Source of the DNA: the human T2T-CHM13v2.0 reference genome, Homo sapiens
Assembly: GCF_009914755.1 (NCBI RefSeq)
Contig: NC_060932.1
Reading direction: 5' to 3' (one strand)
Length of the DNA: 64,000 nucleotides
This document shows, in pieces, positions 38,516 to 51,769 of the stretch. Position numbers and translations under genes: made by a program. Numbering within the stretch: position 1 is the first letter of the stretch; every line of letters starts with the position of its first letter. The notes under the pieces are model-generated. The model was not told where the DNA came from. It ran no database searches and saw nothing but the letters and a program-made list of their open reading frames with translations.

Positions 38516-40982
38516 GTGCCAACTGCAGTCAAGCAGGCTCCTTTATCATGTGCTTGAGTGGAAAACAGGACTCCTGTATTGAAACTAATCTGGGATTACA
38601 TCTTATTTCCTAGGAAAATATTAGAAAACTGGAATTTGAAAATCTTATTTTAAATTTAATGAGAAGTTTATGTATTTTGCAGAAGATTATTCCTAAAAAA
38701 TGAAACATCTGTACAAAATATTTAGAAAGTAGATACGGTATTTTTGTTCTAAAGAAAATATTTCCATTTCAAAAGTAAAATATTCATCATTTCAAATTTC
38801 TATTTTAATAGATAATTAATAGGAGCAAAATGTCTAATAATGGTTTTTAAAGCATGTGATTAAAATATAATATTCTTATAAGTCTATCTTATATCCTATT
38901 GTTACAGAAAAAAGTGTAAATGGATTTTATAGTAATAGATATAAGGAATAATTTAGCTAATATAGTTGAAACAAAAGGGAATACAAGAGTGAAATTTGCT
39001 TTTCAGTTACATAGGGAAAAGAATTAAATCACATGGATATCTTTGACTCCTCCAAGATACTGTATAATAAATATATTCATTTTTGGCTGAACAGGATAAA
39101 TAGCATTGTTGGTTTGGGTGTAATTAAGCTAGAGAATATCAGGGAAGGGTCTCAGTGATGTTCAACCCCACGACCTTTCTTCATAACTGGATCATCCTAA
39201 GAATAAATACATCCCCCATTGCAGAATCTAGATCTGCAACATTGATATTTTGCCATAAAATACTTTTTGTTATTTCAAGAAGATATTGCCTATACTCCTC
39301 ATTAATTTCTTCTTGAACAATTTACTCAGCCAAGAAAAAATTTCCAAAGGGTCCACTGGTTTATAAAGTTCTTACCACATTTATCTAGCTTATACTAATT
39401 AGTCCAGGTCACCTGGAATAAGTGTTGATCCTAAGTATAAGGCTTTTCCTCTGTCAGATTCCCCTCAGAACACCTTGTCCTCACTAGAGGACCATGAGCC
39501 GGGACTGTCCCACCTGGGCCAGCCTTGCTAAGATCTCCTCCAAATAGAACTTCTGCTTTTCTTCTCCGCCCTGTTGTGATGCTAAAGGTTATTCATGTTA
39601 ACATTTTGATGCCTTGTTTACATATTAACTCTTCCAAATCTTTCTTAACAGCGCTTCAAATAGTGTGATTGTTAAGGCTCCGGGTAAATTAGTAAAAACA
39701 ATTTCTTCTTACTAGAGAGACTGAAATCGTTATACACAGTGCATCCCTAGTAATAGAACTACACTTCACACAGCATTTAAAATGTCATTCTTTTCCTGGG
39801 TCTCTTAGATTGTATTTAACACAACACCCTCGATGACTCGTTTATTTAAAGACATTGGTTTGGGGATGAACAGTAGAAAGCTGAAGGGACTTTCACCCAG
39901 AGAAACAAAGCTGCTCAGCAATAAACTCTACTCCCTCTGAAACAGCAGATTTTGGACAAAATTATTCCAATGATCTGACAAATGCATAAGAAAGTTGAAT
40001 GCCTTTCTAACTCCCTTTGCTCAAGTAGTCGCTGTCAATACAACAATAGCGATAACCACTGAAGGAATGAGAGCTTTGTGAAGAAATTAATAATCACCCC
40101 TCCATCTCTACATTTTTGAGAAGGTAGCTTGAATGCTAGGAAACCACAATGCAATTCTTCACATTAATTTGTAGATAGAGATGCAAGGGTAAAATCTGAA
40201 GTAATTTCTGTTTCCTATCATTCCTTAGAACCCCACAATTTCTGAGAATCCTGCTATGAAACAGACAACAATTTTTCTTACTGTTTTCCAAATAAGTGAT
40301 TACAGAGAAATTTGATTTATACTATTTCAGTAAATATTGGGCACATTAATTACTGTTTTTGAAATGTCAAGACAGAAAGAAATCATCGACTATTATTCTA
40401 TTTTGCAATAATTCAAAAAAAGGGCAATTTCATTTTTTTTGCAAATTCCAGAGAGGCATCAACATATGAAGTGGAAAGAGAAAGAACAAAATAAATCCAG
40501 TCAGACAAACGAAAAGATAAATTCAATTTTAGGTAAAGCCATGCAAACTGTGGTTGTGTCATGGAATATTTGTTTATGTGGAACTATTGGAGGGATTAAA
40601 CCTATAAGGACTGGGTTTCATCAGCTGTGTTTGTGTATAGCTGAGTCTGACAGCACTTAGGAGAAGAGAGTTAAAAGCCAAGTTGGATCATTGAGCAATG
40701 AGTGACAGAATGACTGCTTCCCAGGATTTATGTACCAGCTCCTGCCCTTAAGAGGACTGTAGGCTCCCACTGAGGTCAATATGAACTATGGACATGAGAC
40801 CCTGTTCAATTATGTGCATCTCTCAGCTATCATGATATGTTCACCATCCATCATTTATAAATCCATGATGCTAAGGTGCTACTAACAAAGGTGCTGAATA
40901 AATAATAAATGGAATACAATAGCATATTCACTGATATACTGTTTGATAACAGGCAGAGCTATTTTATATGTATATACACATA

Positions 40983-41329
40983 CAAGTTGAGTATCTCTTA
41001 TCTAAAATGCTTGGGACCAAAAGTGTTTCCATTTTTGAATTTTTTCAGATTTTGGGATATTTCCATAAACATAATGAGATATCTTGGGGATGGGACTCAA
41101 GTCTAAGCATGAAATTCATTTCTACTTTATGTACACCTTATACACATAGCCTGAAGTTAATTTTATATAATATTTTTAATAATTTTGTGTATGAAATAAA
41201 GTTTTGACTGCAACCCACCATATTAGGTCAGGTGTGGAATTTTCTACTTTCTAGGTGTGTCGATGCTCAAAAACTCAGATGTTGGAGCATTTTGCATTCT
41301 CGATTTTTGAATGAGAGATGCTCAACCTG
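40983..41329. mobile_element. Tigger4b (MER46/Zombi-type) DNA transposon
   Basis: TA|CAAGTTGAGTATCTCT ... AGAGATGCTCAACCTG|TA terminal inverted repeats with TA TSD. Confidence 0.9.
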
Positions 41330-41359
41330 TACTTACATACACATATCTCCTCAAACACT

Positions 41360-42300
41360 TCTGGGTTGTGGAATAAGACTACAGAGGGAGGCCCATGTGC
41401 CATGTCTAAACACTTAAAAGTCAAAAATGAATCTTACAAATTGCTAAATGAAATATATTCTATTGTGTTTATTCTCCTACTTTGATAAATATACCTTCAA
41501 AATGTCAAAATAAAAAAATATGTGAATATTTATCATTATTGCTTATATAGGTCTGAAAGTGAGTGAAATATCAATTGTGACTGGACTTAATTATTAATGC
41601 AGGAGTCCTAAGCATTGGGCTATGGATCAGCAGCACCTGCTAAGTAATAAAACAAAGCATACATCCAGTCAGGTGCAATGGCTTACATCTATAATCCCAG
41701 CACTTTGGGAGGGTGAGGTGGGTGCATCACTTGAGTCCAGGAGTTCAAGACCAGCCTGGCCAACGTGGCAAAACCCTGTCCCTACTAAAAATCGAAAAAA
41801 ATTAGCCAGGCATGGTGATGCACACCTGTAATCCCAGCTTCTCGGGAAGCTGGGGCACAAGAATCGTTCCAACCCTGGAGACGGAGGTTGCAGTGAGCCA
41901 AGATCCTGCCACTGCACTTCAGTCTGGGTAACAGAGCAAGATCCTGTCTAAAAAAAAAAAAAAAAAGCATACATCATTCACAAATTATTATCTATTTATT
42001 GTAAATATTTGTCTTTATTTCCAAAAACCTCTAATATGTTGCTATAATCAATATCTTCACACAATTTTTGTCCTAAAGATAGTAATGTTAAATTAGGAAG
42101 TTTTCTTGGGTGTCGTTGTAATTTTTAAATTGTTTTTTACTAATTTCAGTTTATAAAAACTTCACTTGACTGAGGAAGTACCAACTGGAATTGTCACTGA
42201 CATTTTTAAAGCAATACTTAGATTCAGAACTCAAGTTCATATTTGAATATTACAATAGATTACATATAATAAGTTGTCATAATTTTATAAAATATTACAA
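41360..42300. mobile_element. hAT-Tip100 (MER45-like) DNA transposon remnant, split by an Alu
   Basis: GAGGCCCATGTGCCATGTCTAAACACTTAAAAG...TCCTACTTTGATAAATATACCTTCA resembles MER45B/R; right boundary uncertain. Confidence 0.45.
41667..41966 (+). mobile_element. Alu (Sz/Jb-like)
   Basis: Full Alu with A17 tail and TSD AAAGCATACATC. Confidence 0.95.
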
Positions 42301-44897
42301 AATATTTTAATTTCATTATATAACTCAACATCACAAAGTACAATTTTCACCACCTCTAGAGGCAATAGCCAAAATCATATGTAAAAATTGGCCTGCACTT
42401 CTTTCCTGTTATAGCTACAACTGCATATATAACAATTTAATTGTGTAATGAACTGTTTAGTATTTCAAAGTCTTCTCCAGCTTCTGTGGGCAACTCTTGA
42501 GATACTATGCTAACTCATGCGCACCTCAGGGAACCACAGATTGCAACATGAAGAGAAGCAAAAAAACAAAAACAAAAACAAAAACCCAGACATTCACTAG
42601 CTTTTGGGAAATAATTATTATTTGAGAACCTATTGTGTCCAAAAAGATGAATTCATTTTTCTTTTCTCTTACCTAAGTGATTCCACAGCTTATATAATCA
42701 CTGTACATCAAAGAAGTTCAACTCTGATGACAAAGTATCACAAAACTGCAAGGCATTTGGCTGTGATCTCAGACAGGAGATCCCATCGCTGGTAACCAGT
42801 GACGTAGGTTGGGGAAGTGTCCTCACTTCAAGCTTTCAAGTGAAGCTTGAAAAGTGTTAACCGTGAGTGTGTTTGTGAACTGTGGGGCTCAGCTCCAGCT
42901 TCTCTTTGCAATGTCTAGGGTGCTGTAAGAGACACTGACTCTACACCATGGTTCTCCACCCACAGTGTATCTGTAAATTCCCAAATGATGCTGAGGTGGG
43001 AGCACTTTCAGTGGCTCCACTCTCGGCTTGGCAGAGGGCACTTGCATTGCTCCAACTGCGATGTGCTCTTTTGCTCACTTTTTAAATTGCCAGCTGTTGT
43101 TTAGGTGAATCTGTGATCCTCTCCTCTGTTTTGTTATACATCAGAAGTGGAAAAGGGTAGCAAATTATATAGTTTAGTAGAGCAAATATAGTTTCAACTC
43201 AACTGTCATGCTTTGCTGGTTTGAAAGCTTCCTCTGAATCAAGAGCCTTTACTTTCCATGTGGACCACCTCTTCCAATGCTCGTAGAGTGAGCCAGTATG
43301 GTGCTCTGGGGACAGCTGTTCGCCTCAGCCCGTCAGCCAGGGCACACAGTCTTCATCATGAAGTCGTGCTCATTTCCTCCAGAATGGGGCCATGTCTTGG
43401 AGTGTTGTTCCCAGAAAGACGTATCTCTTAGAGACCAGCAGAGATGACTAGGTATGAGTGCAATAGATGTGAACAGCTGTGCTTTTTTGCAGAATAAAGC
43501 CATACATTTGCTCTTCTCTTAAATGTAAACCAATGATCATGCGAGGCTGAGATGAATAAGGGTTGACAAAGCTTTCTACATTGTTCTCGAAGAGATACAC
43601 CAAATTTCTAAAGGTAACAACATCATTAATGATGACCAAATAATCTCCCTTTGGCCTTGTAATGTGTTTGTGTTTCATTCAAATGCAAGCTATCTGATAT
43701 TAAAAGATTGCCCACTTTTCAAATTAAAATGAAGCCATTTTATGAAGGTCTGTGTCAGGAGAGCACAGAAAAGCGTTCCAATATCCCTGACCAAACGTTG
43801 TGTTGCAAGCCTGGGTAAGAATGAGCCAAATTGTTTTTATGTTTGTCAGAGCCATTGTTTCTCTTTCCTTTGGCTCAAAAGGGAGTTTGTTTGTTAGGCG
43901 CCCACTGAGCCATCAGATCTGCAACTGAGAATGCTGTCAAGATTCAGTAAATGTGCAAATGGGAAAACCCACTAGGTAAACTAGGTTAACTCAGGTTGTG
44001 CTGTTACTTAAACACAAAAGTGTAGTAGCAAACACCCTGCTGTCAATCATCTTGTAAATAACTACATTATTACAAGACTAGGAAAGGTGCTTCTGCAGCC
44101 CTCTAGTCCTATGTGCATCTATCCCCCTCATCTTTCCATGATGATGAGACCATATAAATAAGAAGCACAGCTTAAGCCTACAGTTTGCTTGACTATTTCT
44201 AATTGTTTTCAATGAGTGGACAGATAAATATACTCACTCTTTACTTTGGCATAACCATTTATAATCCTTAAGGAGTTAAATTCATTTTAAACTAATAGGA
44301 TATATGGATTTTTAAAAAATACTTGATTTTAGATGTGAAAACATAAATTATTCAGAGACCATTTAATGATAATATGAGGTATCAATGGCCTTACTGAAAT
44401 CAATAAGAGTTTAGAAAACAAGACCAAATGCCCATTCTATACGTTAAAATACTCTAATATATATAGGTATGAAGACTGTAAAATTTTATCCTAAAAATCC
44501 ATCCACTTCCTGTTAAACAACAAAATTAAATCTTCCAATGAACAGTTCTAGGTTGTTCGAAGAAGACTTTATTCTGTATCTGAACTAACAGTTTTGTTAA
44601 AATGTACTATACAACGAACTACTTGTTCTACCAAGTTCTTTTCTCTGGGAAGAAAGACAGGTCTTTCACAGTGGTTCAGGTTTCAAATGACAATAGACAC
44701 TAATGGAAAAGTAACATCCTTATTTGCCCCTAGAAAAAAATCAGGGAACTTCCTTGGGTTTTAGTCTTTCCCTCTGCAGGAGCTGGGCATTGACTTTTCT
44801 GAGATAATTTCAATATTAATTATTCACATATTTTAAATAAATTACTAGTGATATTTCATAGCAATACTGGTGCACCTTAAATAATGATCCTCTGACC

Positions 44898-45146
44898 TCA
44901 ACTGAGTTGGGTTGCCACAATTAAGTAGTTCATCAAATAGTCACACATATCTTTAAGAGAGGTTGGTTTTGTTATTCTGCAAAATTATTGGTTGATCAGC
45001 ACCACACACCTCATGTATCTTATCCTGAAGGAATTCATGTGCATAGGGAGAGGGAAGAGGAGGGACTCAAGGTCAAAATGGGAAATGGGAAGTCCCTACA
45101 GTTAAATAAGAAAAAATACTGATTTCAGATGAAAAACGTAGAAACA
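44898..45146 (+). repeat. Copy 1 of a diverged ~250-bp direct repeat
   Basis: Shares a 31/35 block and the exact 20-mer AAGAGGAGGGACTCAAGGTC with 48802-49042. Confidence 0.85.
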
Positions 45147-45162
45147 TGCATGCCACTCACAT

Positions 45163-45175
45163 TGACCTATGACCT
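45163..45175 (-). promoter_or_regulatory. Perfect DR1 nuclear-receptor element (AGGTCA-T-AGGTCA)
   Basis: TGACCTATGACCT on +; motif only, binding not shown. Confidence 0.35.
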
Positions 45176-45774
45176 CACAGTCAATGTCAAGTTCATCAAC
45201 CTGTAAGAAAGGAGGGAAATACAGACTGCATGGAGAAAACTTCTTGTTGTAACTCATTCCACATTTGAGAGTGCTGGGGAACCCTGAGGGAAGTATCTTT
45301 TCATTGAAATGCTTTAAGTAATTTCTCTCGCTGTTTATATTCTGGGGTCTTGACATGTTCTGTCAAAAAATCCCCAAATGAAATCCTTAGTATGATTTTT
45401 TCCCCCATATACCAGGAAAGACTGCTTCACAACTTTACATCCCCAAACACCAAGCACAGCTTTCAGACTGTGTATTAACAATTCTGAATTGCTCTTTCTT
45501 GGCTAAACCTGCATTATTCCCAATGAAAACTGGCAAAGTAACTGTAGGACTCACCTAACATCTTCCTTGGCTTATGTGCTTCCTGCTGGAGCTCGGTCAG
45601 TGGAAGCAACAAAGTAACCCTGATGTCAGCTCTGTGAAGTGATTAGGCAGTCAAGTGGGTGTTCCGATGAGATGGGACAGAGAGATTCTGGTCCAAAACT
45701 CACTTGAGGGAAAGAACTCTAGCCATAGTTCTTCAATAGAGCAGGGTATTATACTGGTTCCTTTAATGATAATA

Positions 45775-46831
45775 CAGTCATGTACTGCAAAATGGCATCT
45801 CATTTGACTACGGACCTCATATACAACAGCAGTCCCATAGCTTATAATGGAGCCAAAAATTCCTATTGCCTTGTGACATCATGGCCATCATATGGTCACA
45901 GCACAATGCATAATTCCTGTGTTTGTGGTGTATCTTAGTCAATTTTCTGTTGCTATAAAGGAATACCTGAGACTGGGTGATTTATGAAGAAAAGAGGTTC
46001 ATTTGGCTCATGAACTGCAGGCTATATAAGAAGCATGGGTGCCAGCATCTGCTTCTGATGATCATCTCAGCAAGTTTTAAACCATGGTCAAAGTGGAAGA
46101 GGGGAGCAGGCATCACATGGTGCTAGATGGAGCAATAGATAGAGAGGAGAGGGATGCCACACTCTTTGAATCAACCAGTTCTCCTGTGAACCAATAGAGC
46201 AAGAACTCATTCATTACTCTGAGGATGGCACCAAGCCATTCATGAGGGATCTGCCCCCATGACCCAGCCACCTCCCACTTGTCCTACCTCCAACATTGGG
46301 GATCAAATTTTGACACGAGATTTGGAGGGAATGAATATCCAAACTATATTGAGTGACATTGGTATAAACAAACCTACTGCTCTGCCAGTTATACAAAACT
46401 GTATAGTAATGGCCTAGGCTTTCACATTCACTCACCACTCACTCACTGACTCTTCCAGAGCAGTTTCCAGTCCTTCAAGTTCCATTCATTGTAAAATTAC
46501 TATTGTCATGGTACTATGAATGTATGATATATAAGCATACCATTTTTTAATCTTTTATATCATATTTTTACTCTACCTTTCTTATATTGAGACATATTCA
46601 GATACACAAATACTTACCATGGTGTTACAATTCCCTAAAGTATTGAGTTCAGTCACATGCTGTACAGGTGTGTAGCCTAGGAGCAATAGGCCATACCATA
46701 TAGCCTAGGTGTGTAGTAGGCTCTACTATCTAGTTTTGCATAAGTACACTCTATGATGTTCACATAATGATGAAATTGCCTAATGATGCAATTCTCAGAA
46801 CATATCATCATCGTTAAGTGATGCATGACTG
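45775..46831. mobile_element. Tigger3 (Golem/MER7; Tigger3b/c-like) DNA transposon split by an MST LTR
   Basis: TA|CAGTCATG ... GCATGACTG|TA inverted termini; TAGCCTAGGAGCAATAGG and CATTCACTCACCACTCACTCACTGACTC internal hallmarks. Confidence 0.9.
45931..46351 (-). mobile_element. MSTB-like MaLR solo LTR
   Basis: TTGCTATAAAGGAATACCTGAGACTGGG...GCACCAAGCCATTCATGAGGGATCTGCCCCCATGACC...GAGATTTGGAGGG. Confidence 0.9.
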
Positions 46832-46919
46832 TAATAATTTATTGTGTTATTATCATATGCCTGGCATGGTGCTAAGTGCTTTATTTTTTCATGACAGCTG
46901 GATGACTTGAAGAAGTAGC

Positions 46920-47140
46920 TATGGAATAGTGGACATAGACTGAGAAGGCCCAATTTTAAATACCAGCTCCGTCACCAGCTGCTCTGTGGCCCAAGGCAAT
47001 TCCAGACTTCTCTGAAACTCAGGATCTTGTCTGTCAACTTTGTACATTAACACTTCCCTCACAAGACTGTGATGTAGATGACAAATTCCTTAGTTTATGT
47101 GAAAGTGATTTATAAACTGTAAAGTAGTAGCCAAATGTCA
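46920..47140 (+). mobile_element. MIR fragment
   Basis: CCAGCTCCGTCACCAGCTGCTCTGTGGCCCAAGGCAA...TTCTCTGAAACTCAG...TATGTGAAAGTG. Confidence 0.55.
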
Positions 47141-47914
47141 GCAGTGACTTTGATTAAAATTATGCAGCAAATGAGCACTCGAATAGAAACCACCATTCTG
47201 ACAGCCAGGGCTATTTTTGTGGAGGAGAATGCTACTGATCTTTTTCTGAAGCTGAAAAAGCATTCCAGAATCTTCTTCTTGAGAAATAAACTCCAATAAA
47301 ATTATAATTAACAAAATATTTGTTTTTGCACATCCAAATGCACATATATTTCTCTATTCAGAATAAAGAAAACTGTAGTTTCATCAGATGCTCTCCTGGA
47401 AGCCTGTGAATAACTCACAGTTATTTTCCTTGGGTCTGATGTGAGGCCAGCTCATTTCACAATGATGCTACTGGGACATTACCAAGAAAGAGCAAGTGGA
47501 CAAAGGAAGCAATTGCCCTTTGGTAAGTTTTTAAACTAGATAACCAAATTGTGATTCTGTGACGTGATCCCTCCTTCCTTCCAGCTCTGCCATGACTACA
47601 CATTGAAGGATGGATCACAGAAGTCTAATATAATTGACTCACGGGTGCAACATGCCTTCTCTTCTCCTCTTTGGTACTATGCCTAGAAACCTATTTATCA
47701 TTTGTTTTTCTAATAATAAAGAGAGACACAGAGGCTTGATTTATGACGAGATGATGGCCAAGGTGTTAGGTTTCTTTGTAGGTAATATCTTCTTATTTCT
47801 TATGTGAGAAAATACAGAAATTATATCAATAAATTTACTAGGTTATATAATGTGAACTCTCATTAATATTTGTAAATGTTATTTTATTAAATTTTAATGA
47901 TTCATTAGTTTGTT

Positions 47915-48450
47915 TCTAAACAACAAATATTTATTTTCTCACAATTTCCATGGGCCCGAAATTCAGGAGCAACTTAGTTGGGTGATTCTGGCTCAGAATC
48001 TCCCATGAGATGGGTGAAATCATCTGGGGCTGCAGTCACCTGAAGGCTTGACTGGGGTTGGAGGATACCCTTCCAAGATGGCCCAACTCGTATGGCTACT
48101 GACAAAAAGCCTGGGTTCCATGCTGGCTGTTGGCAAGAGGCCTCAGTTGCCCACCACATGAGCATCTCCATAGGTCTACTTGAGTGTCCTTGTGACATGG
48201 CAGCTGGCTTTCTCCAGAACAGGTGATTGAGAGAGAGAGAGCCCAATAAGGAAACCACAATGCCTTTTATGTCCTAGTCATGGGACATAGTGATGTGTCC
48301 TATGATGTGACACACACCCTGAGCCTGTCCCTCCCACCACATTCCATTCATTAGAAGCAAGTCACGAGTCCCACCTACACTAAAGGGAAGGGGAATTAGT
48401 CTCCACCTTCTGAGGGAGGATTGCCAAAGAATATGTAGACATATGTTTAT
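47915..48450 (-). mobile_element. MLT1F/G-like MaLR LTR
   Basis: GGGCTGCAGTCACCTGAAGGCTTGACTGGGG...TTCCAAGATGG...GAGTGTCCTTGTGACATGGCAGCTGGCTT. Confidence 0.8.
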
Positions 48451-48454
48451 TGCA

Positions 48455-48750
48455 TCAGCCTCAACTCCTTTTCACTCACAATCTACATCTGATCCATGAG
48501 GGAGGCCTGTTGGTTATACCCTCAGAAAAAAACCTAGAACCCTACCCTCTGCCAGTAATTCAAATGCTACTCCTAAGTCACTGCAATCTCTCGCTTTGCT
48601 GCCCCAAACGCTCAGGCTCTTTTAAATACAGCAGTCAGATTGATCCTGTTAAAAACCAGCTCAGATCATATCACACTGCTGTTCACAACCCATCTCCCTC
48701 AGAGTAGAAGCCCAAGATCTTACAATGGTTTGTAAGGGCTTTACTACTTG
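48455..48750 (+). mobile_element. L2 fragment
   Basis: CAGCAGTCAGATTGATCCTGTTAAAA...TCAGATCATATCAC...TCAGAGTAGAAGCCCAAGATCTTACAATGG. Confidence 0.65.
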
Positions 48751-48801
48751 CTATGTCTTTAAACAAATCTACTTTTTCTCAATTCTCTAATTTTTTTAAT
48801 G

Positions 48802-49042
48802 TCAGCTGATTGGATCTCCACACTTAAGTAGTACATCAAGTAGGCACACATACCCATTATGTAAAGTGGGGTATGATTCTACAAAATGATCAGTTGTCAG
48901 GGACTTGAATATCATGGAATGGATGTGAGTAGGGAGGTGCAAGAGGAGGGACTCAAGGTCTATGATGGGAAGTGGGAAATTCCTAAAGTTAAGAGATGAA
49001 TGGGAAAAATAAATCTTTATTTCAGGTGAAAACTTAGCAACA
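48802..49042 (+). repeat. Copy 2 of the diverged ~250-bp direct repeat
   Basis: Collinear with 44898-45146. Confidence 0.85.
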
Positions 49043-51586
49043 GACAGTATAGAGTGAATGAATGAAGAATTGAATTAATGAAATGGTAGATATGCATGAC
49101 AGAGGAGAGAAGGAGGGAAGGAGGGAGGAAAGGAGGAGGGAAAGCACAGAGAATAGGTGGAAACAATTTAAAAAATGATATATTTAGAGCAAGGCTTGCT
49201 AATACCTTTTAATTGAATTGAAACAGGAAGAGAACTCCTCGAAGAGTTTTCGCGCCCCTTCTTCCAGTACTTCCATACTGTACACATTGCTTCCACCTCT
49301 CTGTTAGGGGTGTTCAGGATCTCCAAGTTGTCTGAGTTTATCTGGTCTTGGGGATGCATGGAGATGGCTTTGTCTGGCTCAGTCAGTCTATAGCCAAGTT
49401 CTATGGGCCCATAGGGGCAACTGTTTCTGAACGTGTTTATCAACCCCTATACCCCTCCCCCAAAACAACCATCCTTGATGTCAACCTATTACACCTCTCT
49501 TACCTATTCACAGCAGTTTGATGGTGACATTGCCTCATTCAGGACACTAAGAAGCAAATCTGAGTTTATTTTCTAATGCAGTTGAAAGCAGGCTCACAGG
49601 AATTCTACAGACATCAATTTCTCACCTACTGTGTGTATAAGTCTATCTGCCGAGCTGCACAGAATCGGCTGTACCTGGCTTGGGAACAGCAGTCACATTT
49701 GTTGCCAAGTAAAAGAAAGAATTCTCATCAATGTTGTCAAAGAGCCCCAGTGCAAAACAAAGAGGGTCTCCTCCCTCAAAATGACAATTGTGAAATGAGT
49801 GGCTCTGAAAATACAGAGAAAAAGAATGGAGATCTTCTCAGACATAATGAGATCATCTGAGAAGGTCAGAAGATGGTGAGATGGGAGTTGGGCTGTGAAG
49901 AGAAATGTGGAGTTTATGAAAATGGGAAGAGAGAAGAGGCAACCCAGAGAATGCACTTAGCCTTCAGGGCTACTGTTGGACACCGCAGGGTCCGTTCTTC
50001 CCCTTCCTCATGTGAATGTCAAGAACAGACACCCTTCGAAGGCATTGTACCAAGGGGCAGCCTCTTTGGTCTGGAGTACTGGGTGGGAGGGCTCAATGTC
50101 TGGCTTCCTAGGGGATACGGGGGCATGCATGTTGTTTTTTGAGGAGCTAGCCCACAGTGAGGCAGCAGTGAGCGTCCCTGGAGAGGGAGCGCCCTCCAGC
50201 AGCAGGGCTGTTGGAGGTCCCAGGGCAGGCAGCTGTCAGCCAGTGTTGTTCTGGAAACAGATTTACATGCCTTTCTCACAGCATGCCTTCAGCCAAAAGC
50301 TGCTGACAGCAGGGAGGCTGTGCCCTTTTCCTCTTTTTATGGGATCTCATAGCTTTTAAGTTCATTCCTTTAGTGCACACACCTTATTGGGAAACCCTTG
50401 AATGTGATGGGCACTCACCTCCCATCAAATGGGGAATGTGTCTTTAAAATACCAAGAATTAAAAATATTTAGAGCTAGATGTTAAAAGGTCTACTTTCTA
50501 ATGAAAGATACATAAAGTGATCAGCTACAGATTTTTGCTCAGGATTGAATTAAAGCCTTTTTTAAGTATATTAATTCTAGTTATTCCATACCTGTAAAAT
50601 GTGAAAATTAGGCAAACCAGATCTGGTTGGTTAGAAGCTCTCTGTTTGGTTTTCTGTAGACCATTGAAACTATAGAAGAGAAAGTTATACTTTGAGGTTG
50701 GAAATTTAAATGTCAAAATGAGTTATATCAAATAATTTTTGGGTGGGGGGAGAACCTTCAATAATACAGGAAGAAATTTAAATTAAAAAAAATACAAAAA
50801 CAAATCACCAAACACTTTCAACCACCAACAAATCAAAATAAAGATTAGAAGTGCCAAAAGTTGGAGCACAAGCTATATATTTAGTAATGTGTTACTGGTT
50901 GCTGGAGAATTTGAAAAAAGCAACCTCATATGGGAGCTATTACACTCAAGATCATATTTAGAAAATCAATTTAAATCTAAGCACATTTGCATATTAGAGG
51001 CTTCACATGTGTCTATTAACACTATGACTGACATGCTATGCTGGTGAGCGTACCCATTAGGAATCCCAATATCCAAGATGTTTCAGCTTCTCCTAAGAGG
51101 CCTTAGGATCCCAGCCAGGGAACCCAGAGCAAAACAGAATCTTGAACCTAATGAGAGATGGAATCTTGGAAATGAGTGCTGCATTGCACCATTGTGCCAT
51201 CAGACCCTGCTGTCCTGACAAAGCCGGCAGCACATCACTCCAGAGGCTTTCTTTGCAGATTTGCAGGTAACTCACCCTTTGTGGGGAGGGGATCAGCCTC
51301 TCAGCCCTCCTTTTCCTTCCTGTCTTCGCCATCCCCGTTCTCCCTAAGGGGCTTACACAAAATGCCATTCCTTTGGGGCTTTGCTCTGGGGAACTAGGTG
51401 TGCTGTTGAAGATAAGTATGTTGTTTGCTAACAATCTGCAAGCAAAAATTTTAAAAAGAAGGTTTCCTTGAGTGCTGCCTACCCTAGTTAGCAGGAATAA
51501 AGGAACTCTGACTATTAGAACCTGACAGAATTTACTTTGCACAAGACATATCCCCATCTTCCTTTCCTCCTCTAAATCTAATATGG

Positions 51587-51769
51587 CAAGCTTGTCCAAC
51601 CCATGGCCTGACACAAATTTGTAAACTGTCTTAAAACATTATTTTTTGTGTGATTTTTTTGTTTTTGTTAGCTCATCAGCTATCATTAGTGTTAGTGTAT
51701 TTTATATGTGGCCCAAGACAATTCTTCTTCCAATGTGGCCCAGGGAAGCCAAAAGATTGGATACCCCTA
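51587..51769. mobile_element. MER30 (hAT-Charlie) DNA transposon, internally deleted
   Basis: CAAGCTTGTCCAACCC...GCTCATCAGCTATCATTAGTGTTAGTG...AGGGAAGCCAAAAGATTGGATACCCCT; degenerate 8-bp TSD TAATATGG/GAGTATGG. Confidence 0.88.

Noticed and set aside
51093-51614. Longest ORF (173 aa, - strand)
   Set aside because: It begins inside MER30 and has no recognisable domain or clear exon structure; consistent with chance.
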